Positions 8,155-17,674 of a stretch of 32,000 nt of DNA are shown here, in pieces. Source of the DNA: Pyrobaculum aerophilum str. IM2. GTDB taxonomy: Archaea > Thermoproteota > Thermoprotei > Thermoproteales > Thermoproteaceae. The notes below the pieces were generated by a model. It had not been told where the DNA came from. It worked only from the letters and a program-made list of their open reading frames with translations, and did not search any database. The stretch's first letter is position 1. The number at the start of each line of letters is the position of its first letter. Where the stretch lies: NCBI RefSeq assembly GCF_000007225.1, contig NC_003364.1:780001-812000 (forward strand). The letters are read 5' to 3'. The translations under genes and the position numbers were made by a program.

Positions 8155-8990
8155 AGAGGCTCGGGCTTTTGCTGGCCCTGTTCTCAGTCGCGGCTTGGAG
8201 CACTAATTACTTGGCGGGGAGGTACTTGGCGTGGAGGGGGGTGGACCCTCTTGCCCTCTCCGTGGTGAGGTTTGCGCTGGCCACGCCGGTGATTTTCGCC
8301 TTGGCGCGGTTCCCCAAGTACAGAGGCTCTTTTAAAACGCTGTTTTTACTGGGGCTATTGGGAGTGGCTGGGTTTAATATTTTCTTATACACCTCGCTTA
8401 ATTACATATCTGCCGCCGTTGCCTCCCTCTTTGTAGTCTTGGCGAGTCCCTTGACCCAGTTGCTTCAACTCGTTATCCGCAGGGAGAGGCCTGGGACCGC
8501 CGCCGTAGCCGGCTCTTTGCTGTCGGTGGCGGGGGCCTATTTAATACTGGAGCCCTACATCGCCGTTAAATCCCTATTGGGCCCCCTCTTGGCGGTCTCA
8601 GCCACCCTGTCCTGGTCTCTATACACTGTGTTAGTGAGGCAGGCGTACTCCTTATACGCGCCGGCGGAGGCCATGGCCTGGATTTCCCTCTTCGGCCTTG
8701 TCGCCATGACGCCCGCCGCCCCCTTTGCGGCATATGGCCAAATACTCAGCCCTTTAAACGCCGCGGTGGTAATATACGTGGCGCTGGTGCCAGGCGCCTT
8801 GGCCTACACGGCGTGGAATATGGCCGTTAAACAAGTGGGTCCCAGAGCCTCGGCGGCGGTTCTTCCGCTTATGCCCGTCATAACCGCGGCCCTCTCCGCG
8901 GCGCTTCTAGGCGAATATTTAAGCGCACAGCAACTCTTGGGCATGGCCGCGGCCGTAGCCGGTGTTTACCTAGCTTTAAGAGATAAATAG
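8151..8990 (+). CDS. EamA/DMT-family transporter
   Basis: About 10 hydrophobic spans in two similar halves, Gly/Ala-rich, typical length (279 aa). ATGA start/stop overlap with the UDG gene. Confidence 0.8.
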
Positions 8991-9003
8991 GGAGGTTCGG
9001 GTA

Positions 9004-9447
9004 ATGGCTATGGGGCTGAGGTGGGGGCTACCCGCGGACTTGGAAAAAGTCAATGAGTTTTTACACAAGACTGAGCCCATAACCGCCTTTCTAGGCTACA
9101 GACTTGTGGAGCTGTCGGAGGGCAGGGCATGCGCCGTGTTTGACGCCTTGTCTAACGCCCAGAGAGTTGGCGGGATTCTGCACGGAGGCGCCATTATGAC
9201 CGCCCTCGACGAGACCATGGGCTTCGCTGCGCTGACTCTTAACGACGGCGACGATCAAGTGACGCTGGAGTTAAAAGTCAATTTTCTAGAGCCGGGGGTA
9301 AAGCCCCCTTTTAAAGTCTGCGGCCAGGTGGTGAGGCGGGGCGGACGGGTTGTTGTGGTAGAAGGCGAGGTGAGAGATGCAGATGGGCGGGTGATCGCAA
9401 AGGCCCTGGGGACTTGGTATTACCTAAGGCGGCGGGTGGAGGGCTAA
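9004..9447 (+). CDS. PaaI-family hotdog-fold thioesterase
   Basis: [20 protein letters not shown] core, followed by [24 protein letters not shown], typical of PaaI/YbgC-like thioesterases. Confidence 0.8.
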
Positions 9448-9475
9448 ATTTATATATACCACGAATCTTATATAG
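9447..9475 (+). promoter_or_regulatory. Tandem TATA-like boxes upstream of the citramalate synthase gene
   Basis: AAATTTATATATA (9447-9459) and CTTATATAG (9467-9475). The second is centred about 27 nt before the in-frame GTG at 9498. Confidence 0.4.
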
Positions 9476-9497
9476 CCATGCCGGGGATTATGTAGAA

Positions 9498-11075
9498 GTG
9501 CTGGACACAACTCTCCGAGACGGAGCCCAAGGCGCCAACGTCTCCTTCGCTCTCCAAGACAAGATAAGAATTGCCCTGAAGCTCGACGAGTTAGGCGTCG
9601 ACTATATAGAGGGGGGCTGGCCCTACTCAAATCCCAAAGACTACCAGTTCTTCAAGGCAATGAAGGAGTACCCCCTTGCCAGGGCGAAGCTGGCGGCTTT
9701 CGGCAGCACTCGGAGGAAAAACACTAGGCCCAGCCAAGACGAGAGTTTGAACTCAATTGTAAAGGCCGACGTCCCCGTCGCTGTAATATTCGGGAAGAGC
9801 TGGACTTTACACGTGGACAAAGTGCTGGAGGCCACTAGGGAGGAGAACCTAGCCATGATAAGCGAAAGCGTTGAGTACTTGAGGGAACACGGCATGGAGG
9901 TGATATACGACGCCGAGCATTTCTACCAGGGCTATCAAGAGGATCCCGAATACGCCTTGGCCACTTTAGAGGCGGCGTGGAGGGCCGGGGCGAGGGTAAT
10001 CGTGCTGGCTGATACAAACGGGGGGACTCCGCCCCACGAGGTGTACAGAATAACGGCGGAGGTGAGGAGGAGGTTTCCCAACATGCCCCTAGGCGCCCAC
10101 ATGCACAACGACATTGGATGCGCCGTGGCTAACACTTTAATGGCGGTGGCGGCCGGCGCCAGACACGTGCAGGGCACTATAAACGGCATAGGGGAGAGGA
10201 CCGGCAACGCCGACCTCGTCCAAATCCTGCCTTCGCTGGAGTTAAAAATGGGGCTTAGGGTGTTGAGAGAAGAGGCGCCTCCTGTGAAGTTCGCAAAACT
10301 AAGAGAGGTCTCGAGGTTTGTGTACGAGGCGCTGGGCCTCCAGCCTAACCCCTATCAGCCCTATGTCGGTGAATTCGCCTTCGCCCACAAAGGCGGCGTA
10401 CACGCAGACGCCGTTATGAAAGTGCCGAGGGCTTACGAGCACATAGATCCCCAGCTAGTGGGCAACAGGAGAGTGTTCGTCGTGTCGGAGATGGCCGGGG
10501 GCGCGAGCGTTGTTTTAAAAGCCGCGGAGGTGCTGGGCCTCGCCCTTAACAAAAGAGACGAGGCGGTGAGGAGGGCCCTCGAGGAGATTAAAATGCTGGA
10601 GAAAGAGGGGTATTCCTTTGACGTCGCCCCCGCCTCAGCCATGTTAATCCTGCTGAGGCATCTGGGCCTCTATAGGGAGAGGTTCAGAATACTGGAGTGG
10701 AGAGTGGTCACGGGGCCGGCCGAGGCCTCTTACGCCGTTGTAAAAGTCCTAGTGGAGGGGAGGACAATGTTAGAGGCCGGGGAGGGCGTCGGCCCCGTAC
10801 ACGCAATAGACGTGGCATTGAGAAAGGCCCTCGTGGGGGCGTTCCCCGAGCTTTCCGACGTACAGCTCAGAGACTACAAAGTGATCCTCCCCACGGCAGT
10901 GAAGAGCACTGAAAGCGTCGTGAGAGTGGTGTCGGAGTTCACAGACGGGGAGAGGATCTGGCGAACCACGGGGGTGTCCAGCAATATAGTAATGGCGTCT
11001 CTCATGGCGTTGCGAGACGGATACGACTTCGTATTACAAACAAACTCGCTTAACAAAAACAATATCGGCAGATGA
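9498..11075 (+). CDS. cimA: Citramalate synthase (LeuA-related, CimA-type)
   Basis: LDTTLRDGAQGANVSF...LGVDYIEGGWPYSNPKD, HMHNDIGCAVANT, and a C-terminal LeuA-dimer-like regulatory domain. The ORF track begins at a TTG at 9414 inside the thioesterase gene. I prefer the in-frame GTG at 9498 because of the promoter geometry and the usual N-terminus (M-x-DTTLRDG); the start is uncertain. Confidence 0.8.
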   Translation: MLDTTLRDGAQGANVSFALQDKIRIALKLDELGVDYIEGGWPYSNPKDYQFFKAMKEYPLARAKLAAFGSTRRKNTRPSQDESLNSIVKADVPVAVIFGKSWTLHVDKVLEATREENLAMISESVEYLREHGMEVIYDAEHFYQGYQEDPEYALATLEAAWRAGARVIVLADTNGGTPPHEVYRITAEVRRRFPNMPLGAHMHNDIGCAVANTLMAVAAGARHVQGTINGIGERTGNADLVQILPSLELKMGLRVLREEAPPVKFAKLREVSRFVYEALGLQPNPYQPYVGEFAFAHKGGVHADAVMKVPRAYEHIDPQLVGNRRVFVVSEMAGGASVVLKAAEVLGLALNKRDEAVRRALEEIKMLEKEGYSFDVAPASAMLILLRHLGLYRERFRILEWRVVTGPAEASYAVVKVLVEGRTMLEAGEGVGPVHAIDVALRKALVGAFPELSDVQLRDYKVILPTAVKSTESVVRVVSEFTDGERIWRTTGVSSNIVMASLMALRDGYDFVLQTNSLNKNNIGR

Positions 11076-11085
11076 CAAAATTAGA

Positions 11086-12498
11086 TTAAAAAACAAGAGC
11101 CTTATATACTAAATCCATTACTCCCCCAAAAGTCAAAGACTTTCCATACATTTTGTTCAACTCTTCAATAACGCCGTTAAGAGTACCTTTACACATTGAA
11201 CACGGCCTTACGACGTGTTGTGCCCCTGCATTAATGGCACACTCATACCACAACTTAGCATATTGAAGCCTGAGGGGTTTGAGTTCGTCAGCAAGCATTC
11301 CAGCTTGCCCCCCACAACACCAATTTAACTGCCGGTTCTGGGGACACTCAACCCATTTTTTAACGACGTGGTTCATAATAAACCTTGGCTCGTCAATTAG
11401 ATCGCCGCCGCGTGAGTATTGGCAAGGGTCTTGATACATATAAAGTATGTCCCCATTAGCCTCTGGGTTAAGTTTAATTCTCCCCTCTCTAATTGCCCTA
11501 ACGACTAAGTGATGTATGTGATACGTCTTAATTCCTTCTCTTTCAAGTACAGGAGCCACAACGTTTTTAAAGGCTCTCCAGCCGTGGCCGCATTCTCCAA
11601 AAATAGCCATCTTAGCGCCTAACTCCTTAGCTGCATCTATGTAATGTTGCGCTATTAATTTCATCAACTTCTCATGAGTCCACAGTCCAAAGTTTGCAAC
11701 TTCAACTGACCTGGTATTGATAACAAAGGGCAACTTTATAGCGTGTAAAAACGCCAAACAGCCCTTTAAAGTCTCCGTATTTAAAAACAAGTCAGCAGAG
11801 GAAACGTACATTATAGCCTCAGGCCACTGGCTCCTTTCCACCTCCCCCACTAGCTCCGCCCCTTTGAATTTTAACATTTTCTTCTGATCATGTCTATATA
11901 CATAGTATTCGATATCAACTCCCTTCTCGCTTTTAATTTCATTTGCAAAGTACGTCAATATATTTATCGTAGCAGCCGGAGTGATACCCATATTATTCCC
12001 AGTGTCAATATGCTTGTCAATAGTCATAGCGGCGTATCTACTTACTAAGCCGGCTTCAAATAACACCCCCCTAACAACACGTGTAATATCAGCTTGGTCT
12101 ATGCCAAAGGGACAAACATAGCCACAACGCCTACAAGTTAAACACTGCCAATAGTATGTATACAATAACTCCAAGACGTCATCATTTACTTTTTTCCTTC
12201 TTTTAATAATATCACGTAAAAGTTCGGCGCGTCCAACAGGCGAGTTCCTCAAATCTTTAGTAGTAAGATAGGTAGGACAGGCGTCAATACAGGCACCACA
12301 GTGTACACAAGTGTCTACAGCAATTTTTATATTTCTATTACGCCCATATTCCTCTCTTAGCCTCTTCTCCACATAGCTATACTTATCAGCTGGAGACTCA
12401 ATACCAGCTTTTTTCTGAAGTTTGACGACAAGACCCTCTGGCGCTTTAAGAGGCTTTAAATTAGAAGTATCGCCAAGTCTGAATTCTAACTTGTGCAT
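11086..12498 (-). CDS. Fe-S oxidoreductase, HdrD/GlpC-like (2x[4Fe-4S] ferredoxin motifs plus CCG domains)
   Basis: CVHCGACIDACP and CLTCRRCGYVCP, then Cys-rich CCG-type segments (NWCCGGQAGM ... PCSMCKG). No TM helix seen. AT-rich relative to neighbouring genes. Confidence 0.75.
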   Translation of the reverse strand: MHKLEFRLGDTSNLKPLKAPEGLVVKLQKKAGIESPADKYSYVEKRLREEYGRNRNIKIAVDTCVHCGACIDACPTYLTTKDLRNSPVGRAELLRDIIKRRKKVNDDVLELLYTYYWQCLTCRRCGYVCPFGIDQADITRVVRGVLFEAGLVSRYAAMTIDKHIDTGNNMGITPAATINILTYFANEIKSEKGVDIEYYVYRHDQKKMLKFKGAELVGEVERSQWPEAIMYVSSADLFLNTETLKGCLAFLHAIKLPFVINTRSVEVANFGLWTHEKLMKLIAQHYIDAAKELGAKMAIFGECGHGWRAFKNVVAPVLEREGIKTYHIHHLVVRAIREGRIKLNPEANGDILYMYQDPCQYSRGGDLIDEPRFIMNHVVKKWVECPQNRQLNWCCGGQAGMLADELKPLRLQYAKLWYECAINAGAQHVVRPCSMCKGTLNGVIEELNKMYGKSLTFGGVMDLVYKALVF

Positions 12499-12838
12499 AT
12501 AGATTGATTAAAAACGCTTTAATTAATCTCGTTACTCATTTCTGAGAAAAACTCGCCATAATAAGAAATGCACAAAAATTATACAAAGTGTACATTTAAT
12601 AGTATTCGTAGAGTTTGAGTAATAAAATTCATAAAAAAATTGGTTAAGTTAAGGTCAGTGAGACATATACGCCGTGGAAATATACTCCAAGCGCACTTAG
12701 CGTTATAAGCGGGTTTAGATTAGCCATAGATTCTCTTTCGATGTTAATATTTAAACACATTAGAACAAGGCTAGTGTAAAGAAAAAGGTATGTGTTCTAG
12801 CGAATTAGGAAATTATATACATGAAAGAGGAGGATATA

Positions 12839-13267
12839 TTAATGAATATGGAACTCTGCCCGCGATGGAGTCGCCGTGAAGACCGCCCGCCTGCCGTCTT
12901 TAAAAATAAGGGCAATTTCAAGAGTTCCGGTGGCGTTGCCCATTATCATAACGTGATAACCGCCGTGGGCAAATCTCAAGCTCGAGAAGGGGTTTACGCA
13001 TACCTCGCTTACAGGTCTCATGGCCGCTATTGATCCATTGAAAATCGTCTCGTGTAGCTCGGCCTTAACTCCGCCCGGCTTCAACACCTCCACGCCTGTT
13101 ATACACGCGGGAAAAGGCGTGGGGTTTACCACTGTGAGCACAACCATGCCGACGTCTGGAGCCGTCATGAAATAAGAGGCGTCTTTCACATACGGCGCGG
13201 TGAAGAGCAGGTAGAGCCCCACCAGCGCCGCTACAACGGCTGGGACAATCAGCTTGAAGACGCCCAT
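12839..13267 (-). CDS. PCuAC-type periplasmic Cu(I) chaperone (DUF461)
   Basis: N-terminal TM/signal anchor. Exact match to the published H(M)X10MX21HXM motif: H-ETIFNGSIAA-M-RPVSEVCVNPFSSLRFAHGGY-H-V-M. TAATG 1-nt overlap with ctaB. Confidence 0.8.
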   Translation of the reverse strand: MGVFKLIVPAVVAALVGLYLLFTAPYVKDASYFMTAPDVGMVVLTVVNPTPFPACITGVEVLKPGGVKAELHETIFNGSIAAMRPVSEVCVNPFSSLRFAHGGYHVMIMGNATGTLEIALIFKDGRRAVFTATPSRAEFHIH

Positions 13268-14103
13268 TATAGCCTTGACAAAATGAGGGCTATTAAAAAC
13301 AGCGCCAGTATTGGGCTAGACGCTTTGTACATTTTCCACATGGCCTCTTCCGTTTTTTTAACTGCGGCGTATATGCTTGTGGCTATTGTGGCGGCTACGC
13401 CGAGGGCCACTAGCGCCCCCCCTGCCCCTCCTCCAAATTGTAAATACAGCCAGAGGATGTAGGCGGCAGCCGCCGCGTTTATAGCCGATATTACCGCCAC
13501 TGCCCTCTCTTCTTTTATTAACGCGGGTAACATCGGCACCCCTGCCCTTTTGTAATCCCCTCTGTATTTAAAAGCTAGGGCCCATATGTGAGAGGGAATC
13601 CAGAGGTATATGGCAAAGGAGATGAGGACGGCGGGGAGGTCCACAGTCCCCTTGGCCAAGGCGTACCCCCCTAGAAAAACGGCGTTTCCGGCAAAACCCC
13701 CTCCGAAAATATTCAGCCAAGTCCTCCTCTTGAGGACAATTGTGTAAACCACTGCGTAGAAAAGCCAGCCCAGCAGTACGAAAAGGCCGGGGAGGAGGCC
13801 CAGCAGTAAAAAGCCCAGGGAAATCCCCGTTGCTGAAAGGGCGAGGGAGTAGGCGAGGGCGGCGTTAGGCGTAATTAGCCCGGAGGGAAGAGGCCTTTTA
13901 AAAGTCCTCGTCATTAAGGCGTCTATATCCCTCTCCCAGTAGTGATTAAAAGCAGCAGAGCCCCCAGTGGAGAGAAAAGCCACAGCCAAGAGGGAAAAAA
14001 GACGGCTGTCAACGCCGCCCCCGCCGTAAATATAGCCAGCAACAGAGGCCAAAATAAGGAGCCAAATAACCCGCGGTTTTAATAAAGAGATATAGGAAGA
14101 CAT
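13267..14103 (-). CDS. ctaB: Protoheme IX farnesyltransferase (heme O synthase)
   Basis: UbiA-family polytopic protein with [23 protein letters not shown] (the NxxxDxxxD-type prenyltransferase motif). TATA-like rc CTTTATTAAG about 24 nt upstream of the ATG. Confidence 0.9.
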   Translation of the reverse strand: MSSYISLLKPRVIWLLILASVAGYIYGGGGVDSRLFSLLAVAFLSTGGSAAFNHYWERDIDALMTRTFKRPLPSGLITPNAALAYSLALSATGISLGFLLLGLLPGLFVLLGWLFYAVVYTIVLKRRTWLNIFGGGFAGNAVFLGGYALAKGTVDLPAVLISFAIYLWIPSHIWALAFKYRGDYKRAGVPMLPALIKEERAVAVISAINAAAAAYILWLYLQFGGGAGGALVALGVAATIATSIYAAVKKTEEAMWKMYKASSPILALFLIALILSRL

Positions 14104-14138
14104 GAGGAGATTTTAGTTTCTCTTAATAAAGTTTTTGA

Positions 14139-14684
14139 TTAATCTATTTTCCACAGGGCCAGGCCCAGTAATAAGAAGGAGTACACAATTGGGAAAATTG
14201 AAATTTTTATAAGCGCTGTCCCCAGCGCTTCGTACAGCGGCATTAGGAATGCGCCTAGGGCCATGGCAGTTGCCCCGGCCGCATACGTGTAGCCTGAGTA
14301 CGTGAACAGCCCTATTTTTGATATCCGCGACATCTCTGCTACCAGCAACCAAAAAGGCAGGGCGCTTGCCGCCCATAAGATGCCCACCCAGAGCTCCATC
14401 CGCCCGCCTAAGTATAGCGACAGTAGCGTTAATTTGAGGGTAGCCGCAATGGCTATTGAGCCGGCCACGGCTGTAATAAACCAGACGAAGGCCTTGCGAA
14501 AAATAGAGATCTTGCCGAAATAAGAGGAGGCCCAGCGGAAGGCGAGGAGCAAGAGGATGTGCGCCGCGATGGAAACGGGAAGCAACAGCCCCTCTAAAAT
14601 AAAAGAGAGAGCCCCTATAAAACCAAATACTTTAATGAGACTTGGATCCCGCCTCTCTAACCCACCGCTCATACCACCGTTCAA
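14139..14684 (-). CDS. Polytopic membrane protein of unknown function in the oxidase operon
   Basis: 181-aa ORF with about 5-6 hydrophobic spans and no motif I recognise. The start is uncertain: ATG at 14684 or 14672, both overlapping the upstream small ORF. Confidence 0.5.
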   Translation of the reverse strand: MNGGMSGGLERRDPSLIKVFGFIGALSFILEGLLLPVSIAAHILLLLAFRWASSYFGKISIFRKAFVWFITAVAGSIAIAATLKLTLLSLYLGGRMELWVGILWAASALPFWLLVAEMSRISKIGLFTYSGYTYAAGATAMALGAFLMPLYEALGTALIKISIFPIVYSFLLLGLALWKID

Positions 14685-14826
14685 AGTAGTAATAAGAGAG
14701 GGCCATCATCCCCAACACTAAAAACGCCGAGAACAGCGGAGGGTCAAAGGCAGTTACGGCGTTGATAACGGCGGCGCCTATTAAAACCACGGCGACTACA
14801 AGCGAGAAGACTTTTAATACTCTCAT
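14632..14826 (-). CDS. Small two-TM membrane protein, candidate accessory oxidase subunit
   Basis: MRVLKVFSLVVAVVLIGAAVINAVTAFDPPLFSAFLVLGMMALSYYYFERWYERWVREAGSKSH (64 aa). Its ATG forms an ATGA overlap with the stop codon of the CoxI+III gene. The longer 87-aa version in the ORF track runs into that gene. Confidence 0.5.
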   Translation of the reverse strand: MRVLKVFSLVVAVVLIGAAVINAVTAFDPPLFSAFLVLGMMALSYYYFERWYERWVREAGSKSH

Positions 14827-17228
14827 GCCCTGGCGGCGACTGGCGTAATGCCGTTTATAGCCCCCACGTAGAACGTAATAAACAGCAACACCCATATTGC
14901 GTCTACAAAGTGCCAGTAGTACTCGGCGGCCTCCACCCCGTCGGGCCGGTTAGGCCTCCAGTAGCCCACGGCGACGAATAAAGCCACTAATGCCCAGAAG
15001 ACCAAGCCAACAATCACGTGGAAGCCGTGAAGCGTCACAATGGCGTAGAAGTAATTTGCAATAATTGAGGTGCCGTAGACAAAGCCGTGGTGAGCCAGCT
15101 CTGGGTACTCTATTAAAAACTGGCCGCCGACAAAGAAGATCCCCAGTGCCATAGTGGCGGCGAGCCAAGCGTAAAAGCCCTTTAAATTGCCCTTTAGGAA
15201 GTTCCGCCTGGCGACCATGGCCGTAAAACTACTGCTCCACAACGCAATAGACATGGCGATAGATATCGGCGTTATTAACTGCGGGAGGTTGGCCAAGGCG
15301 GCGTTCCAACCGTCGTACAACACCACCCTCGCGTAATATGCGGAGGAGATCAAAGTGCCGAATAGGGCTATTTCAGACATAATTACCCAAGACACTGAGG
15401 CCTTCAAGTCGCCCCATACGCTGGGCGGCTTCGGGATCTCAAAATGGGCCGCCCCGTTCATGAGACGCAACATCTTAGCCGTTTTGAACTGGTCTAAAAA
15501 CAGCCAGGCCACGCCGAGCCCAATGAAAGTCCCAATTGCCAACATGCCGAATTGCGGCGCGGATAAAAAGGCATAGTTCTTCAAAATAGGCGACACGTCG
15601 CGGAGAAGGGACAAGACGCCCAGCCCAAGAGGTATCATGCCTACGCCTAAAATAAAGGGCCACGGGTTTGGCTCGTGGCGCGGGTGGACTAACGGCGGTA
15701 TTACGTCGGGAAGCCCGTATTTAGACACACCCCAAGGATCCTCTCTGTTGGCCACAGGCCTGCCGTTGAAATAACTATACAGCAGATTGGCGAATAACAA
15801 CGCTACGCCTGCCGCCAGTATAATTGTGAAAGCCGTCATTGCGAAGTGATAGGGGTTGACGTCCGGCGTGGGGGCGGCGGCGTAGCGCCTAGGCGATCCC
15901 AGCACCCCGGCCGCCGACATTAGGGTATAAGTGGCAAAACCTCCTACTGTTATTAAAGCCCAGCTAATCCGCGCCAGCCTTTCGTCGTACCACCTCCCCG
16001 TTAGGTGCGGGAAGTAGTATAACAATGCGCCGAATACTCCGAAGGCAATGGCGTTGACAATGTAGTGGAAGTGCCCCAGGACGAAGTAAGTGTCATGTAG
16101 GTGTAGATCCAGCGTAATCACCGGGAAGAAGACGCCTGTTACGCCCCCCACGATGAAGAAGAGGAGGAAGGTGAGCATGAACAGCATGGGGGCTTTTAGC
16201 TGAATCCTGCCGCCGTAGAGAGTGGCCACCCAGTTAAACACCTTAACGCCGGAGGGTATGGCGACGGCCATAGTGGCTATGGCCATGGCCACTCTGGGCG
16301 CGAAGTCCTGCACGGCGGTGAACATGTGGTGCATCCACACGGCGAAGCTAATAGAGGCAATTGCCACTGAGGAGATGGCTATGGCGGTGTATCCATACGC
16401 CCTCCGCCTGGCCATACGCTGTATGACCTCAGAGACAAGGCCCATGGCCGGCAGTACTAATATGTACACCTCGGGGTGGCCGAAGAACCAGAAGATGTGT
16501 TGAAACAGCCTCGGGTCGCCCGAGGCGGCGGGATCCCCGGGAACTGGGGTGAAGAAGTGCATCCCGAGATGCCTCTCTAAAAGCAACATTATGGCGCCAG
16601 CGGCGAGAGGAGGCAGGGCTGTGACCATGAGCATAGAGGCCGCCAGCACGGACCAGGCAAAGAGCGACATGTCCAGCATTTTAATATCGGGCCTTCTGAG
16701 CCTTGTAATTGTCAATATGAAGTTAATGCCGGTTAAAGTGCTGGAGAACCCCGCTATAATAATCCCGAGGAGAATTAGATCAACGCCAATTGACTTGCTG
16801 ATCGTGCTGAGCGGCGGGTATAACGTCCAGCCGATGGAATCTCCGTGTTGCCAGAACAGGAGGGATGACCACATAAATACGGTGGCGGGCACTTGCATCC
16901 AGAAGGACAAGGCATTTATCCTAGGCCAGTACATGTCGGGCGCCCCGATTAGCTTGGGAACTAGGATATTAGCCGCGCCGGCGACTGCTTGCATGGCGAA
17001 GAGCAACAACATGCCCAAGCCGTGAAGCGACATGAACCAAGTGTAGAGCAACTCATTAAAGGGATCTTGGACGGGGGATCCCGGGGGCGTGTTGGCTATG
17101 GTCAGCCTCATATACATGGCGGCTATTCCTGCCAGTACGAAGTTAATTATCGAGAGCAGTATGTACAATATACCTATATAGTGGGCGTTGGTAGTGGTTA
17201 GGTAGTGGAATAGCTTTTCCCGCATCAT
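14823..17228 (-). CDS. Heme-copper oxidase subunit I+III fusion (SoxM-type, A-family)
   Basis: Subunit I signatures FWFFGHPEVYILVLPAMG and VWMHHMFT. The C-terminal ~240 aa carries the subunit III signature AAEYYWHFVDAIWVLLF. 801 aa in total. Confidence 0.95.
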   Translation of the reverse strand: MMREKLFHYLTTTNAHYIGILYILLSIINFVLAGIAAMYMRLTIANTPPGSPVQDPFNELLYTWFMSLHGLGMLLLFAMQAVAGAANILVPKLIGAPDMYWPRINALSFWMQVPATVFMWSSLLFWQHGDSIGWTLYPPLSTISKSIGVDLILLGIIIAGFSSTLTGINFILTITRLRRPDIKMLDMSLFAWSVLAASMLMVTALPPLAAGAIMLLLERHLGMHFFTPVPGDPAASGDPRLFQHIFWFFGHPEVYILVLPAMGLVSEVIQRMARRRAYGYTAIAISSVAIASISFAVWMHHMFTAVQDFAPRVAMAIATMAVAIPSGVKVFNWVATLYGGRIQLKAPMLFMLTFLLFFIVGGVTGVFFPVITLDLHLHDTYFVLGHFHYIVNAIAFGVFGALLYYFPHLTGRWYDERLARISWALITVGGFATYTLMSAAGVLGSPRRYAAAPTPDVNPYHFAMTAFTIILAAGVALLFANLLYSYFNGRPVANREDPWGVSKYGLPDVIPPLVHPRHEPNPWPFILGVGMIPLGLGVLSLLRDVSPILKNYAFLSAPQFGMLAIGTFIGLGVAWLFLDQFKTAKMLRLMNGAAHFEIPKPPSVWGDLKASVSWVIMSEIALFGTLISSAYYARVVLYDGWNAALANLPQLITPISIAMSIALWSSSFTAMVARRNFLKGNLKGFYAWLAATMALGIFFVGGQFLIEYPELAHHGFVYGTSIIANYFYAIVTLHGFHVIVGLVFWALVALFVAVGYWRPNRPDGVEAAEYYWHFVDAIWVLLFITFYVGAINGITPVAARA

Positions 17229-17674
17229 GGCTCTACCACAATCCGTCCCAACATTCTATAATGGCCTGCTCCGCAGAACTCAGCACAGAGGACGTTGTAT
17301 ACGCCCGGTTTATCCACTTTTAGCCACGCGGTATATACAAAGCCCGGAACTGTGTCGTATTTGTAGCCCAGTTCTCTTATGTAAAAGGAGTGAACGACGT
17401 CACTTGACGTGAGTTCAAGTCTATACAGCTTGCCCGCTTTTATGTACAAGGTGTTCAGCGACTTGCTGCCATTCGGGTACTCAAATATCCAGCCATACCT
17501 ATAGGCAGTGACTTTTATCGTCTCGTACTGGCCAGCGCCAAAGGCGGTTTTCTCCGCGACAGCGCCGTAGTTGTCTATTTCATACAATCCCACGGCGGCT
17601 ATATACGCCAGCACTCCCAAAATAGCCGCGGCGCCGAAAATCGTCATGTATTCCAACAGCTTACCCCTCTCCAT
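17225..17674 (-). CDS. Heme-copper oxidase subunit II (CuA cupredoxin)
   Basis: One N-terminal TM helix plus a cupredoxin domain with CuA ligands VVHSF ... CAEFCGAGHYRM. ATGA overlap with the subunit I+III gene. Confidence 0.9.
   Translation of the reverse strand: MERGKLLEYMTIFGAAAILGVLAYIAAVGLYEIDNYGAVAEKTAFGAGQYETIKVTAYRYGWIFEYPNGSKSLNTLYIKAGKLYRLELTSSDVVHSFYIRELGYKYDTVPGFVYTAWLKVDKPGVYNVLCAEFCGAGHYRMLGRIVVEP

Noticed and set aside
12540-12726. 27-codon hydrophobic minus-strand ORF (MANLNPLITLSALGVYFHGVYVSLTLT, ATG at rc 12724-12726) in the spacer upstream of the Fe-S oxidoreductase gene.
   Set aside because: It is too short, has no recognisable motif and no TATA at the expected distance. 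It cannot be distinguished from chance.
12821-13033. 70-aa plus-strand ORF preceded by a purine-rich GAGGAGG stretch.
   Set aside because: It lies almost entirely antisense to the PCuAC gene, whose motif is exact. Its product looks random. Shine-Dalgarno-like sequences are of little weight in a mostly leaderless system.
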